DNA of 64,000 nucleotides, taken from the NCBI RefSeq assembly GCF_902652985.1, contig NC_047023.1:15996001-16060000 (forward strand), in the 5' to 3' direction. Below, one piece after another: positions 63,501 through 64,000 of this stretch (position 1 is its first letter; every line of letters begins with the position of its first letter). Origin of the DNA: Pecten maximus. Its lineage: Eukaryota. The position numbers and the translations under genes were made by a program. The notes below the pieces were generated by a model. The model was not told the origin of the DNA. It saw nothing but the letters and a program-made list of their open reading frames with translations, and searched no databases.

Positions 63501-64000
63501 CACGCTTGACCATATAGTTTATAATATGTTTTGCCACGTTGTGTCCATTTTGAGTTTTAATTACGGTATTGTGTGTATGTTTCTATTATCTGTTTGTTAT
63601 CATGAATTTTGCAAAAACTCTACAATTGAAAGCTGAATATGTTCTTCATTCCGATCTTAAATGCTTCAATATGACAATATTTAATCTAAGCAGTGCAGTG
63701 TATTTACCAACTCCCTCCTTGGTAGAAAGGCAGCACTTTTAGAGCTTTGTCAAAAGAGAAAATGAGTGGGAAACACTATTTTCTCTGCTACCACCTCGAG
63801 AAAAGTTAAGACCGCCTCATTTCAATAACATGCATTATTTTTATAGAGGAATACAAATGTAGAAATGTAACAAAAGTAATCTCGGATTCAATATTGCGTT
63901 TTAAGAAAGCGCAAAATACATATACTAAAAAGTTCCGTACTAATTAGTTGAAAACTAAGTCAGCTTATCGTCGAACAAGATTAAAATGCTGAACCATAAC

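Noticed and set aside
58000-64000. Additional cluster members or short ORFs in the last 6 kb
   Set aside because: No signal exon or low-complexity exon found; ORFs look like random AT-rich or repeat-derived frames.

Overview
AT-rich eukaryotic (animal) genomic DNA, not prokaryotic. The repeat landscape and gene type suggest a lophotrochozoan, probably a bivalve mollusc (inference). The ORF track misses the main content because the genes are spliced. Manual splicing shows a cluster of ten loci (nine apparently intact, one pseudogene) encoding small (78-213 aa), secreted, low-complexity proteins with cysteine-free mature regions. All share one layout: TATA box, non-coding exon 1, a short exon 2 with a related signal peptide (mostly LSCL[VM]A...C) ending in a phase-1 intron, and one exon carrying the rest of the mature peptide. 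Most also have an intron 4-27 nt after the stop. The mature exons form five unrelated classes: Trp/Arg/Asp-rich (A, 4 loci), Asn/Gln/Asp-rich (B, 2), Tyr/Asp/Phe-rich (C, 1), Gly-Arg-Arg-punctuated 13-aa repeat resembling an amidated-peptide precursor (D, 1) and (GSGF)n (E, 2). The cluster grew by tandem and inverted duplication, including a recent ~8-9.5 kb tandem duplication whose junction truncates a promoter. Promoters share a GGAA element at near-fixed spacing from TATA and a TGACGTA element. The 28-40 kb interval is transposon/satellite-rich and holds a complex templated insertion and a decayed Cys-rich gene. Coordinates were counted by hand and may be off by a few bases. No database searches were run, so novelty and function are inferred.
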